A stretch of DNA of 64,000 nt from an uncultured Gammaproteobacteria bacterium (GCA_964366515.1 CAYIUF010000001.1:51388-115387); one strand, 5' to 3'. Shown: positions 36,347-45,413, numbered from the stretch's first letter. Numbers and translations: made by a program. Notes: generated from the sequence alone by a model not told the origin.

Positions 36347-37497
36347 GAAACTTAATACTCTTTCTGACCAGTCTTTTTATTTTGCTTGGCGTTGGCGCAA
36401 GTTTTACTGTGCCGTATGTGCATGCCGATTGCGATCAGCTGTGTGAAATCCAAAAGAAAATAGCAGAAACAGAAAAACTAATTACAGATACCCAAAAGCG
36501 AGCATCCACGCTTCAAAACGAAATTTTATATCAAGACAAGCAAATTGAATTAACAATTCTAAAAATTTCGCAAACCGAGACCGAGATTGAATCACTATCA
36601 GGCCAAATAAATAGTCTTGAGATGTCCTTGGCAGGGCTTTCCGAAGTGTTTGCCCAAAGGGTTGTTGCAAGCTACAAAATTAAAAGGCTTGGCGAGCCTG
36701 TAACACTCCTTCTTTCTGCAAGCAATGTCTCCGACTTTATTTCTCGCCTCCATTACCTTCAAAAAATTCAAGCAAATGACAGGGAAACTCTCGTCCAAAT
36801 GCAAACAACCCAATCAAATTACGAGGGACAAAGAGAAAAGCGAGAGGAATTAAAAACAAAACTTGAGTCTCAAAGTGCAAAGCTCGCAGCCCAAAAAGCA
36901 CAAAAACAATATCTTCTACAAGTAACAAGAAACGACGAGAAAAAGTACCAACAACTACTTTCTGCAGCAAAGGCCGAGTTGGAAGCAATCCAAGCCATTA
37001 TTGCGGGAAAAGGATCAGAAACCGAGGTTGGATCAATATCCCAGGGTTCGCGCATAGCTTCAATTATCCAAGGGTCATCGTGTAATTCAAGCGGTGGACA
37101 TGTCCATTTCATTGTTAGCAAAAATGGTATTACGGAAAATCCTTTTAGCTATCTTAAAAGTGTAGATTACGAGAATTGCTCGGGCTCATCCTGCGGATCC
37201 GGCGATGGAGATCCATTTAATCCACAGGGCCAGTGGGATTGGCCAATCTCACCAAAAATAAAGTATAGCCAGGGGTATGGAACAACGTGGGCTGTAAACA
37301 ACTCCTGGGTTGGGAAAATCTACAATTTCCATAATGGAATCGATATAAACAGCGATAACTCAGAAGTCAGGGCCGTAAGGAGCGGCATCTTGTTTCGCGG
37401 AAGCTACTCCGGATCAAGCGGATGCAGTTTAAGATATGTCAGAGTCGACCACGCCGACTCGGATCTGGATACATTTTACCTCCACATAAATTACTGA
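36343..37497 (+). CDS. Coiled-coil plus M23/LytM peptidase, circularly permuted
   Basis: Signal/TM segment, PcsB/CwlO-like coiled coil, then HVHF before HNGID and terminal YLH; likely TTG start at 36343. Confidence 0.8.
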   Translation: MRNLILFLTSLFILLGVGASFTVPYVHADCDQLCEIQKKIAETEKLITDTQKRASTLQNEILYQDKQIELTILKISQTETEIESLSGQINSLEMSLAGLSEVFAQRVVASYKIKRLGEPVTLLLSASNVSDFISRLHYLQKIQANDRETLVQMQTTQSNYEGQREKREELKTKLESQSAKLAAQKAQKQYLLQVTRNDEKKYQQLLSAAKAELEAIQAIIAGKGSETEVGSISQGSRIASIIQGSSCNSSGGHVHFIVSKNGITENPFSYLKSVDYENCSGSSCGSGDGDPFNPQGQWDWPISPKIKYSQGYGTTWAVNNSWVGKIYNFHNGIDINSDNSEVRAVRSGILFRGSYSGSSGCSLRYVRVDHADSDLDTFYLHINY

Positions 37498-37509
37498 TAA
37501 TATGGGTTA

Positions 37510-38379
37510 GTGTTAAAAGCACTAATAGTCTTCGTTTCTACGCTCACCTTTGTGGCATTTCCTGCATCTGTTTCCGCTTCAATGTACATCAATGAATTTG
37601 CGTCTGATACTTCTGGAAATACGGGCGACGAAGATTGGGCGGAAATTTACAATAGTGGCCCGGACACAGTAGATCTTTCTCTGTACAGATTAAGGGATAG
37701 CACTCCCACAAACAAAAAAGACCTCTCGGGAAGCCTCCCCGCCGGTGGTTTTGCGGCTTTTGATTGGACAGACCGATTGAACAAGACTGGAGATACTATA
37801 AAGTTGTTGCTAATTGCAGACGAGACCACACCCGTTGATCAAGTGGCATACGGAGACAACTCAGGGAGTGTAATCTCAGCACCAAGCGCTGGCCAATCAG
37901 GCGGGCGCCAATCGGATGGCAACTCTACGTGGGTTTTATTCTCTACTACAAGTAAGGAACACTCAAACAACTCCTCAATTCCAGCCCCCACATCTCCACC
38001 AGCTACCCCAACAACCGTAACTCCTACCCCGGCTCCAGCAACTCCTACTTCCGTACCCCCAACATCAACCCCAACATCAAAACCCACAAGCACACCTACT
38101 CCAAAACCAACAACGTCAAATGCTTCGCCAACTCCAACAACAACCAATATCAATCAAGGCCAAGAAGAGACCGTGCTCGGAATACAAAATGAAAATACTT
38201 TAACAAGCGATGGCCCAACAGAAGCAACCCCAACTCCAAAAACCGCTGGATGGAAAACTCCAGCAATTGCGGCAGTATTAATATTCCCAGGCCTAGGAAT
38301 GATTGGTTATAGCATTTATTCATATTTGAAAAAGGCCAAGGATGGTACTATTGAAGGTAGTGATTTTGAAGATTCTTAA
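37510..38379 (+). CDS. Lamin-tail-domain surface protein with Pro/Thr linker and C-terminal TM
   Basis: YINEF...DWAEIYN..VDLS.Y.L.D...LNKTGD; PTxTPT repeats. Confidence 0.8.
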   Translation: MLKALIVFVSTLTFVAFPASVSASMYINEFASDTSGNTGDEDWAEIYNSGPDTVDLSLYRLRDSTPTNKKDLSGSLPAGGFAAFDWTDRLNKTGDTIKLLLIADETTPVDQVAYGDNSGSVISAPSAGQSGGRQSDGNSTWVLFSTTSKEHSNNSSIPAPTSPPATPTTVTPTPAPATPTSVPPTSTPTSKPTSTPTPKPTTSNASPTPTTTNINQGQEETVLGIQNENTLTSDGPTEATPTPKTAGWKTPAIAAVLIFPGLGMIGYSIYSYLKKAKDGTIEGSDFEDS

Positions 38380-38749
38380 GCTCTGGCTGCCTCCCGCCCT
38401 TTGGGCCGGATTAATTTTCTACCTTTCCTCTACTGTTCCCGGCTCAGTTTCAGGCCCTCCGTGGATTGATTTTATTATCAAAAAATCAGGACACATGCTC
38501 TTATATGCGGTTTTGTGGATTCTCCTATATCGTGCCACCCACCGGCCTTATCTCTCCTTGCTATTCGCGATAAGCTATTCGCTATCCGATGAATACCACC
38601 AGTCATTCGTTCCTGGAAGACACCCAGCAGTAATGGATGTGGGTTTTGACGCGCTCGGTGGTACAATCGCTCTGTGGGCACAAAAGAGCTTCTTACCAAA
38701 AGCGCCGAAGAAACTAAAAAAGCTGGCCGAGAATTTGGAAATTCTCTAA
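38360..38749 (+). CDS. VanZ-family membrane protein
   Basis: KSGHMLLY...SDEYHQSFVPGR...DVGFD. Confidence 0.88.
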   Translation: MILKILKLWLPPALWAGLIFYLSSTVPGSVSGPPWIDFIIKKSGHMLLYAVLWILLYRATHRPYLSLLFAISYSLSDEYHQSFVPGRHPAVMDVGFDALGGTIALWAQKSFLPKAPKKLKKLAENLEIL

Positions 38750-39135
38750 AGGGCGGGGAGGTAATTGGTTTAGTTGGAGATCTTGGAGGAGGCAAAACCA
38801 CATTTGTTCAAGGGATTGCAGAAGCACTCGGAGTTGAAACCAGAACAATTAGCCCCACATTTATAATCGTCCGGGAGTATAAGATAAATAAGAATTTTTC
38901 TTCAACTTCGTATAAAAACAAATTTGGTGGAAATTTATATCATGTTGATTTATATCGGCTTGAGGGGAATCTCAAAAACGAACTCGAAAGTCTTGGAATA
39001 TTAAATTTCGCAAAAGACCCTAAAAACGTGGTCGTTATTGAGTGGGCAGATAAAGCAAGAGAATACCTGCCAGAAAATACAAAGTGGATTACTTTTGAGA
39101 ATTTAGGGAAAAACGAAAGGAAGATTACACTATGA
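38674..39135 (+). CDS. tsaE: t6A biosynthesis ATPase TsaE
   Basis: GDLGGGKTTF, SPTF, HVDLYRL, IEWA. Confidence 0.93.
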   Translation: MGTKELLTKSAEETKKAGREFGNSLKGGEVIGLVGDLGGGKTTFVQGIAEALGVETRTISPTFIIVREYKINKNFSSTSYKNKFGGNLYHVDLYRLEGNLKNELESLGILNFAKDPKNVVVIEWADKAREYLPENTKWITFENLGKNERKITL

Positions 39136-39434
39136 AATTAAGAATAGACACTTCAGATTCTGAAAATATCACAGTCGAAGTAGGGAGTACAAAAATACTC
39201 GCAAGTTCCCGCGAAAAAAAGTCGCAAATGCTTCTTCAATCAATTAAAGAGGCCATTGATAAAGAAAAGGTCTCACTTAGCGACTTAACGCAAATTGAAG
39301 TTAATACGGGCCCCGGGTCGTTTACGGGACTTCGTATGGGGGTGTCCGTTGCAAACGCCCTTGGGTGGTCGCGAAATATACCCGTGAACGGTAAAGATGT
39401 GGGAAAAGACGGCCCCGTGGAACCGCAATATTAA
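39132..39434 (+). CDS. tsaB: TsaB, short N-terminal-domain form
   Basis: IDTS...GPGSFTGLRMG; only 100 aa. Confidence 0.85.
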   Translation: MKLRIDTSDSENITVEVGSTKILASSREKKSQMLLQSIKEAIDKEKVSLSDLTQIEVNTGPGSFTGLRMGVSVANALGWSRNIPVNGKDVGKDGPVEPQY

Positions 39435-39453
39435 GTGTTATATACTGTTACCA

Positions 39454-40305
39454 ATGCTCACACACCTCACTCACTTTCTCTTTCCGCGAGAAAAAAACAA
39501 TCATAGAGCACACATACTCCACCCGTTCTCTCTGTTTCTGTTTGTAGGAGTCTTCTCAATCCTTCAAATCCTTGTTTCATTCAATCCAAGTTTTATCCCA
39601 AGGGCACTTGGCACAACGATAATAAGTCCCCAAAATATAATCGAACTGGCCAACAAAAAAAGGGCAGAGCTTGGTCTAACGGAGTTAAGAATCGACCCGA
39701 CTTTAAGTAAGTCCGCAGAAACCAAAGGAGCAGACATGATTGCTAGAAATTACTGGGCGCACAATGCACCAGATGGAACAGAACCCTGGCATTTTTTCAA
39801 AGAAGCGGGATATTCCTATAGATTCGCAGGCGAAAACCTTGCTCGTGATTTTACAAACCCGCAAGACGTGATCGACGCATGGATTGCCTCACCCACACAT
39901 AAAGAAAACTTGTTTTCAACCAAATACCAAGAAATTGGAGTTGCAGTTATTGAAGGAAATCTGAAGGGTAAAGACACAGTTCTGGTTATTCAACATTTCG
40001 GGACGAAATTAACAGAAAGCCCAATTGCACAATCACCGCCAATAACCCTTGCGGCAGAAGGATCAATCGAAGGAACATCGTTAGGAAGCGTAAAAGGCTT
40101 CTCACAAGTTGCAAGTTGGTTCTCGCTGACGCGCGGGTTGGGGATCTTCTTGCTTTCCATATTTGTTGTAATTCTGGGAGTTGATATGATTGTAATAAGA
40201 GCAGGCAATATAAATAGATCTGCGTCAAAAAGCCATGCCCATATAATCTTTTTGGTTGCAATAATCCTTGGCGCGCTAGCCCTTAAATCCGGCCTAGTTA
40301 TATAA
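39454..40305 (+). CDS. CAP/SCP domain membrane protein
   Basis: YWAH, AGENLA, WIASPTHKENL, EIGVAV. Confidence 0.88.
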   Translation: MLTHLTHFLFPREKNNHRAHILHPFSLFLFVGVFSILQILVSFNPSFIPRALGTTIISPQNIIELANKKRAELGLTELRIDPTLSKSAETKGADMIARNYWAHNAPDGTEPWHFFKEAGYSYRFAGENLARDFTNPQDVIDAWIASPTHKENLFSTKYQEIGVAVIEGNLKGKDTVLVIQHFGTKLTESPIAQSPPITLAAEGSIEGTSLGSVKGFSQVASWFSLTRGLGIFLLSIFVVILGVDMIVIRAGNINRSASKSHAHIIFLVAIILGALALKSGLVI

Positions 40306-40339
40306 TCGCTAAAGCTCATATGTCGAATACGCCATAAAA

Positions 40340-40600
40340 ATGAAACATACACTAAAATATCTTTCCCACCACATGAGCCTAATTGGAATTGCCGCCTTGG
40401 GCCTATGGGGAATAGTCGGGTTTTCTTACGACCCTGCTTTCCAGTCAGCGGTAGTTTTAGCCCTAAGCGTTGCATTTGTTTGGTGGGGCATTGTCCATCA
40501 TTGGCTTCATGAAGGCATGAGGTTTCAGATTATTTTTGAATATGTAGCCGTTGCAGTTTTGGGAGCGGTTGTACTTCTCTCGATTATTTGGAGCAGGTGA
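40340..40600 (+). CDS. Small 3-TM hypothetical protein
   Basis: WGIVHH...IFEY pattern; hydrophobic. Confidence 0.7.
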   Translation: MKHTLKYLSHHMSLIGIAALGLWGIVGFSYDPAFQSAVVLALSVAFVWWGIVHHWLHEGMRFQIIFEYVAVAVLGAVVLLSIIWSR

Positions 40601-40631
40601 GTTCGTGCCTGGCAAGTGGTATACTTCTTGG

Positions 40632-41135
40632 ATGATAATTGGAACAGGCGATGTGTTTACAAGCCCTACAAAAGGCCCACTCGCGCTTGAAGGTGTCATT
40701 GACGAAATAGCCTTATTTGTCGGAGAATCTGCAGAACATTCATATAGAATCGTTATCGGGACAGATTCTCAAGCAAAAAGAACAAATGGCGAGGCTGAAA
40801 TCGACTTTGTAACGGCAGTCGTTGTCCACAGAATTGGCTACGGAGCAAGATATTTTTGGAAAAGAGAGAAACAGAAAAGAAAATACGTTTTGCGCGAAAA
40901 AATCTACACAGAAACCATAAAATCTCTTGAATTTGCAGAAAGCTTTGTTCCAAAAATTAGGGACAGAATAACCTCAGCAAAATATGACTTGGAAATCCAC
41001 ATAGACGTAGGCCCAATTGGCCCTACCCGGGACATGATCAAAGAAATTGTTGGAATGGTCCGAGGCTCGGGCTATACCCCAAAAACCAAGCCCGAATCGT
41101 ATGGCGCCTCTTCAGTCGCCGACCGCCACACCTGA
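40632..41135 (+). CDS. RNase H-like YkuK-family protein
   Basis: IGTDSQ, REKIYTE..KS, EIHIDVG, KPESYGASSVADRH. Confidence 0.88.
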   Translation: MIIGTGDVFTSPTKGPLALEGVIDEIALFVGESAEHSYRIVIGTDSQAKRTNGEAEIDFVTAVVVHRIGYGARYFWKREKQKRKYVLREKIYTETIKSLEFAESFVPKIRDRITSAKYDLEIHIDVGPIGPTRDMIKEIVGMVRGSGYTPKTKPESYGASSVADRHT

Positions 41136-41145
41136 ACCTTATAGG

Positions 41146-41174
41146 TTGACAAACTATCGGTTTTGTGGTACAAT
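41146..41174 (+). promoter_or_regulatory. Near-consensus sigma70 promoter
   Basis: TTGACA-17-TACAAT with extended TG. Confidence 0.75.
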
Positions 41175-41180
41175 ATACCG

Positions 41181-41420
41181 TTCACAAATTGAGGCTATTT
41201 AGCCTCACAAAGTACCTTAATTTAGCCTTAAAGGCAGCATTTCTGGAGTATCTGGAGCGTTGCGTCTAGGTAGCCAGAGAGTTGACTTTAAGACAAGAAA
41301 AAAACATTTGAACAATCCCATAAAACATCCGATCGGATAGTTTTTGTCCACGACTGGCACCCTCAGTACCCATAAACTTTGTGAGTATTGAGAGGGAACG
41401 AAACCGTTTCGTTTCACAAG
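41181..41420 (+). ncRNA. Candidate structured RNA or long leader with five hairpins
   Basis: Stems at 41190-41207, 41227-41292, 41322-41344, 41362-41392 and 41397-41413; no family recognised. Confidence 0.45.
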
Positions 41421-41447
41421 CACATTTCAGCAAGAAGGAGCACGAAA

Positions 41448-41912
41448 GTGGGAACAGTTCGCGGACAAGTCGCAATCTGCATCCCCGAGGATTTGGCAGC
41501 AATGCGCAAGTCTCTTGGGTTGCCTGACCAGCCTCCCGAGCCATCGTTTGATCTCTCGAGTTTCAACCTCGAAGCCGACAACTGGAGGACTTCGCTTCCC
41601 TTGGAAGAGGAAGACTTCGAGTCCGGCGCGGGTATGATGCATCAGGGCAAGTTGGTCGTCGCAGTCAGAAGTGGCGGCACAAGGCACAGGCACCGGATGC
41701 ACGACGATGAACTGGCATGTGTTGCCTTCATCGCCGCCCGCCGAGCCTACGCAGACACGCGTTTTGAAGATATGCATCTTTTCGATGCTATCCTTGACCG
41801 GCGAATCGAAGCTCGGTTCGGCGCGTCAGAGGAAACCAAAAAGCAGATTCGCCAGCAAATGTCGGACACCTTCGACAAGCTCGACGATCTCTGCGGCCCG
41901 CTCGGCTACTAG
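41448..41912 (+). CDS. GC-rich orphan hypothetical protein
   Basis: GTG start behind AAGGAG; 154 aa. Confidence 0.65.
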   Translation: MGTVRGQVAICIPEDLAAMRKSLGLPDQPPEPSFDLSSFNLEADNWRTSLPLEEEDFESGAGMMHQGKLVVAVRSGGTRHRHRMHDDELACVAFIAARRAYADTRFEDMHLFDAILDRRIEARFGASEETKKQIRQQMSDTFDKLDDLCGPLGY

Positions 41913-41921
41913 GAGGATTTC

Positions 41922-42104
41922 GTGACTAAAGACAGATCGCCGCCCAGAAACAAAGTGAAGCCCGAAGTGAGAAATCAGATTATCAAGGAGCTCAAAAGGG
42001 TTGCCAAGACTGACCCAAGCCCAAGAAACCGCCAGGAGGCACAAAAAAGGCTAGACGCAATTCTCTTAACTGCACCAAAAGACGAAAAGCCCCGTGAGGA
42101 CTAA
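41922..42104 (+). CDS. Small basic hypothetical protein (60 aa)
   Basis: SD AGGAGG overlapping the upstream stop. Confidence 0.55.
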   Translation: MTKDRSPPRNKVKPEVRNQIIKELKRVAKTDPSPRNRQEAQKRLDAILLTAPKDEKPRED

Positions 42105-42123
42105 AATCCAATACCGGGGCTTT
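42085..42123. repeat. Palindromic element or terminator (sister of 26246)
   Basis: AAAAGCCCCGTGAGGA[CTAAAA]TCCAATACCGGGGCTTT. Confidence 0.65.
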
Positions 42124-42157
42124 ATAATGCTTAAAATACTTGTGGTATATTAGTAAC

Positions 42158-42697
42158 ATGTCTGAAGCAGGCGTTCATCAAGAAGCTCCAACCATTCCAA
42201 CGACAGACGATCCAAAGGAATTTTTCGACCGTTTTCGAGAAAGCAAGTTTTACAAAGACGCCTCAGATGGGTTTTATACAGGCAAGACACTAGCATCAGA
42301 TGTCACCGAAGAAGAAAAAGACCTAGCGTTCTTAGAAAGTGATATCGCAAAAATCGCGCTTATCGACTTCACTCAACAAGAATTAGGATTTCACTACAAC
42401 TATACTAACTACACTCCCGAATCGAGAAAAGCGATTGGAGAATATGTTGCAACAGTTGAAGACCAAGCGGAAATGATTCGCGAAGGAGCAACTCAGCATG
42501 AGATTGCAACTGTAGACGGGATGCGGTTTTTAAACCATGTCGCCGCAGCAAAACAGCTAGTCAAAGACGGAACTGCACCAACAGAGAAAATGGGCAGAGC
42601 CTTGGCGAGACTCATCCTGGTTGATAAAAAACTGGATACATTAAACTCAGCAAGAGAACCAGACGTAAAACGACTCGAAAGAAAACTTGGTGTGTAG
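42158..42697 (+). CDS. Hypothetical protein
   Basis: ATG 6 nt after TGGTATATT; 179 aa. Confidence 0.65.
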   Translation: MSEAGVHQEAPTIPTTDDPKEFFDRFRESKFYKDASDGFYTGKTLASDVTEEEKDLAFLESDIAKIALIDFTQQELGFHYNYTNYTPESRKAIGEYVATVEDQAEMIREGATQHEIATVDGMRFLNHVAAAKQLVKDGTAPTEKMGRALARLILVDKKLDTLNSAREPDVKRLERKLGV

Positions 42698-43372
42698 TTA
42701 ATCCCTCTCCAATAAATCAGGTCGGGTCTTTTTAGTTCGTTCTAATGAAGCGGTTTTTTTCCAAGCCTCTATTTTTTTGTGATTTCCAGACAACAATACT
42801 TCTGGAACTTTCCAACCTCGATACTCTTCAGGCCTTGTGTACTGAGGGTATTCCAGAAGACCATCCTCAAATGACTCATGTATCGTTGCATCCTCTTTTG
42901 TTAAAACACCTGGCAGAAGCCGTACCACCGTGTCAACAACTGCCATTGCAGGAATTTCTCCTCCGGTTAATACATAATCTCCGATTGAAATCTCCTCATC
43001 AATCAAATGCTCCCTTACCCTGTGGTCAACAGTTTCATAATGCGCCGCAATAAGAATCAAATGGTCACACTTCGAAAGTGACCGTGCACTCTTCTGTGTA
43101 AAGGGTTTCCCCCCGGGGTCCAGCAAAATCGTGTGGGAGGTTGGGGATCTTAGGGCTGTTAAGGCTTTGTCGAGAGCCTCCACCATTAAGACCATTCCGG
43201 TTCCACCCCCGTATGGTTTATCATCCACGATCTGGTGCCGACCTTCGGCCCAACCTCTTAGTTGATGAATATGGATTTCTACTAATAACTTGTCCTGAGC
43301 TCGCCGAAGGATGCTCTCAGAAAATGGCCCTTCAAACATCTCCGGAAAAAGAGTTAGTATATCGATTCTCAT
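42698..43372 (-). CDS. trmD: tRNA (guanine-N1)-methyltransferase
   Basis: VDDKPYGGGTGM, SIGDYVLTGGE, LEYPQYTRP, LLSGNH. Confidence 0.96.
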   Translation of the reverse strand: MRIDILTLFPEMFEGPFSESILRRAQDKLLVEIHIHQLRGWAEGRHQIVDDKPYGGGTGMVLMVEALDKALTALRSPTSHTILLDPGGKPFTQKSARSLSKCDHLILIAAHYETVDHRVREHLIDEEISIGDYVLTGGEIPAMAVVDTVVRLLPGVLTKEDATIHESFEDGLLEYPQYTRPEEYRGWKVPEVLLSGNHKKIEAWKKTASLERTKKTRPDLLERD

Positions 43373-43395
43373 ATTTGCATATTGTACACTACCTT

Positions 43396-44142
43396 GTGGC
43401 TAAATTTGTCGTAGTTGTCCCTACCTACAACGAGCGGGAAAATATAAAAAGTTTAATTGACAAAATATGTCTCGTGCTTAAAAACACAAAAGGATGGAAA
43501 ATACTCATAGTTGACGACAACTCCCCAGACGGCACAAGCATGGTTGTACGAAACCACAAATTGTACAAAAAGGAAGTGCACATTCTAATAAAAGAAAAAA
43601 AGGAAGGATTGGGAAATGCCTATCTTGCAGGGATGGGACGAGCGTTTGAAAAAATGGATGCAGATTTTGTAATAACAATGGACGCAGACCATTCCCACAA
43701 ACCGGAATATCTGCCAGTGTTTCTAACGAAAATGTCGGAAGGAAAAGACTTCGTTGTGGGCTCCCGATACATTGGCGAGGGTGCAATCCCCAAAGAGTGG
43801 CCGCTTTATAGAAAAGTATTATCAATTGGTGGAAACTTAATAGTCCCCCTCTTCGTGGGGTCCCGAAAGCTAACTGACTGGACATCCGGTTTCCGTGCCA
43901 TAAGAAAAAACGTCTACCACAAAGTGAGGCCATTAATCTTAAAAGACCATGCGCAAAACAAAGGATATACATTCAACATTTCTTTTGCGTATCACACAGT
44001 GGATTCTAAATTTATGACAGGGGAAGTGCCGATCAAATTCCCAGACAGAAAGCACGGGCAGTCCAAGCTCGGGTTGGAATATCTAATTCATACTCCAATC
44101 TTTTTGATTTCCACTCGACTTGGGAAACTCTTCTCGGTATAG
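43396..44142 (+). CDS. GT2 polyprenol-phosphate glycosyl synthase (Ppm1/DPM1-like)
   Basis: VVPTYNE, VDDNSPDGT, MDADHSH, GSRY; likely GTG start at 43396. Confidence 0.9.
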   Translation: MAKFVVVVPTYNERENIKSLIDKICLVLKNTKGWKILIVDDNSPDGTSMVVRNHKLYKKEVHILIKEKKEGLGNAYLAGMGRAFEKMDADFVITMDADHSHKPEYLPVFLTKMSEGKDFVVGSRYIGEGAIPKEWPLYRKVLSIGGNLIVPLFVGSRKLTDWTSGFRAIRKNVYHKVRPLILKDHAQNKGYTFNISFAYHTVDSKFMTGEVPIKFPDRKHGQSKLGLEYLIHTPIFLISTRLGKLFSV

Positions 44143-44183
44143 TGAAAACACAATGAAAATAGTAATAATGGCGTAACCGACAT

Positions 44184-45413
44184 ATGAACGTAGTGATTAT
44201 AATCCCCACATACAACGAAGCCGAAAACATCGGCCGAATGCTCGACATCTTAGTAACAGAAGAGCTGCCCAAGATTAAAGACAATAAAGTCGAAATCCTT
44301 GTAGTCGACTCAAAATCCCCAGACGGAACTGCAAATATCGTCCGCGAGAAAATGAAAAAGTACAAACAGGTGAACATTCTCGAAACTGACAAAGGGGGAC
44401 TAGGAGCAGACTATGTAAAAGGAATGCGATATGCAATGCAAACCCTAAAAGCAGATGCTGTCATGGAGTTTGATGCTGACTTCCAACATGATCCTCGGGA
44501 TATAAAGAGGTTGATTGCCGCAATGGACGGCGGAGCAGATCATGTAATCGGGTCGCGTTACATAAAGGGCGGGGCAATACCTAAAGAATGGGGAATCCAC
44601 AGAAAAGCAATGAGTTTTTTTGGAAGTCAATTTGCACGCCTTGTTTTATTTTTGTTCGGCGTCCATGACATGACATCCGGGTTTAAACTTACAAAGTCTG
44701 AATTTCTGGGAAAAGTTGATCTTGAACATCTTTACTCGAAATACTATGCCTATAAAATCCAGATTACATATGAATTGGCAAAACTTGGAGCAGGTATTGT
44801 AGAGGTACCGATAATTTTCTACGAAAGAAAAGAGGGGACGTCAAAAATCTCTCGAAAAGATCTGATAGATTCTTTTTTGGTTGTAGTAAAGCTTCGCATT
44901 AGAGACTCAAAAAGATTTTTGAAATTTGGTGTTGTGGGGCTTTTGGGTTTTACAATAAACGCAATAGCCTTGGAGGTTTTTGCAAGAATGGCATTTACTG
45001 CAAGCCTTGCAAGCTGGTATGGGATAGTAACACCGGTTCCCTCTTTCCATGTACTATCCCAACCATCTGCCTGGGCTGCTGCAGCCGCAGCAGAAGTTGC
45101 CATAATCTCAAACTTTTTCCTCAATAATTATTGGACGTTCGCGGGGAAAAGCATCACTTCACCGGTAAGGTTTGTATGGAAATTTGCCCAATTTAATTTA
45201 ACTTCAATTGGGGCCGTTGTTATACAGGCAGTCGTAATCGGATTTGCAGTATTTTTATTCGGGGACAAAACTGTCGTTCGCCAGCTGGCACTAGTTTTAG
45301 CAGTCGGAGCCTTTATTGTCCCCTACAACTATACAATGTATAACGTATTCATTTGGAAGACCTGGAAAGTTCCCGGGCTAGGTTGGATTCAAAACAGAAA
45401 AGGCACTTCCTAA
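44184..45413 (+). CDS. GT2 polyprenol-phosphate glycosyl synthase fused to a GtrA-like domain
   Basis: IPTYNE, DADFQH; C-terminal KFGVVG...NFFLNNYWTF membrane domain. Confidence 0.88.
   Translation: MNVVIIIPTYNEAENIGRMLDILVTEELPKIKDNKVEILVVDSKSPDGTANIVREKMKKYKQVNILETDKGGLGADYVKGMRYAMQTLKADAVMEFDADFQHDPRDIKRLIAAMDGGADHVIGSRYIKGGAIPKEWGIHRKAMSFFGSQFARLVLFLFGVHDMTSGFKLTKSEFLGKVDLEHLYSKYYAYKIQITYELAKLGAGIVEVPIIFYERKEGTSKISRKDLIDSFLVVVKLRIRDSKRFLKFGVVGLLGFTINAIALEVFARMAFTASLASWYGIVTPVPSFHVLSQPSAWAAAAAAEVAIISNFFLNNYWTFAGKSITSPVRFVWKFAQFNLTSIGAVVIQAVVIGFAVFLFGDKTVVRQLALVLAVGAFIVPYNYTMYNVFIWKTWKVPGLGWIQNRKGTS

Noticed and set aside
37970-38250. Repetitive ACTCC/CCAAC tract as a DNA repeat array
   Set aside because: Explained by the Pro/Thr linker codons of the lamin-tail protein.
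41189-41269. 26-codon TTG-initiated leader peptide in the structured region
   Set aside because: Weak start, no SD and no telling codon run; the RNA stems explain the region better, though it is not excluded.
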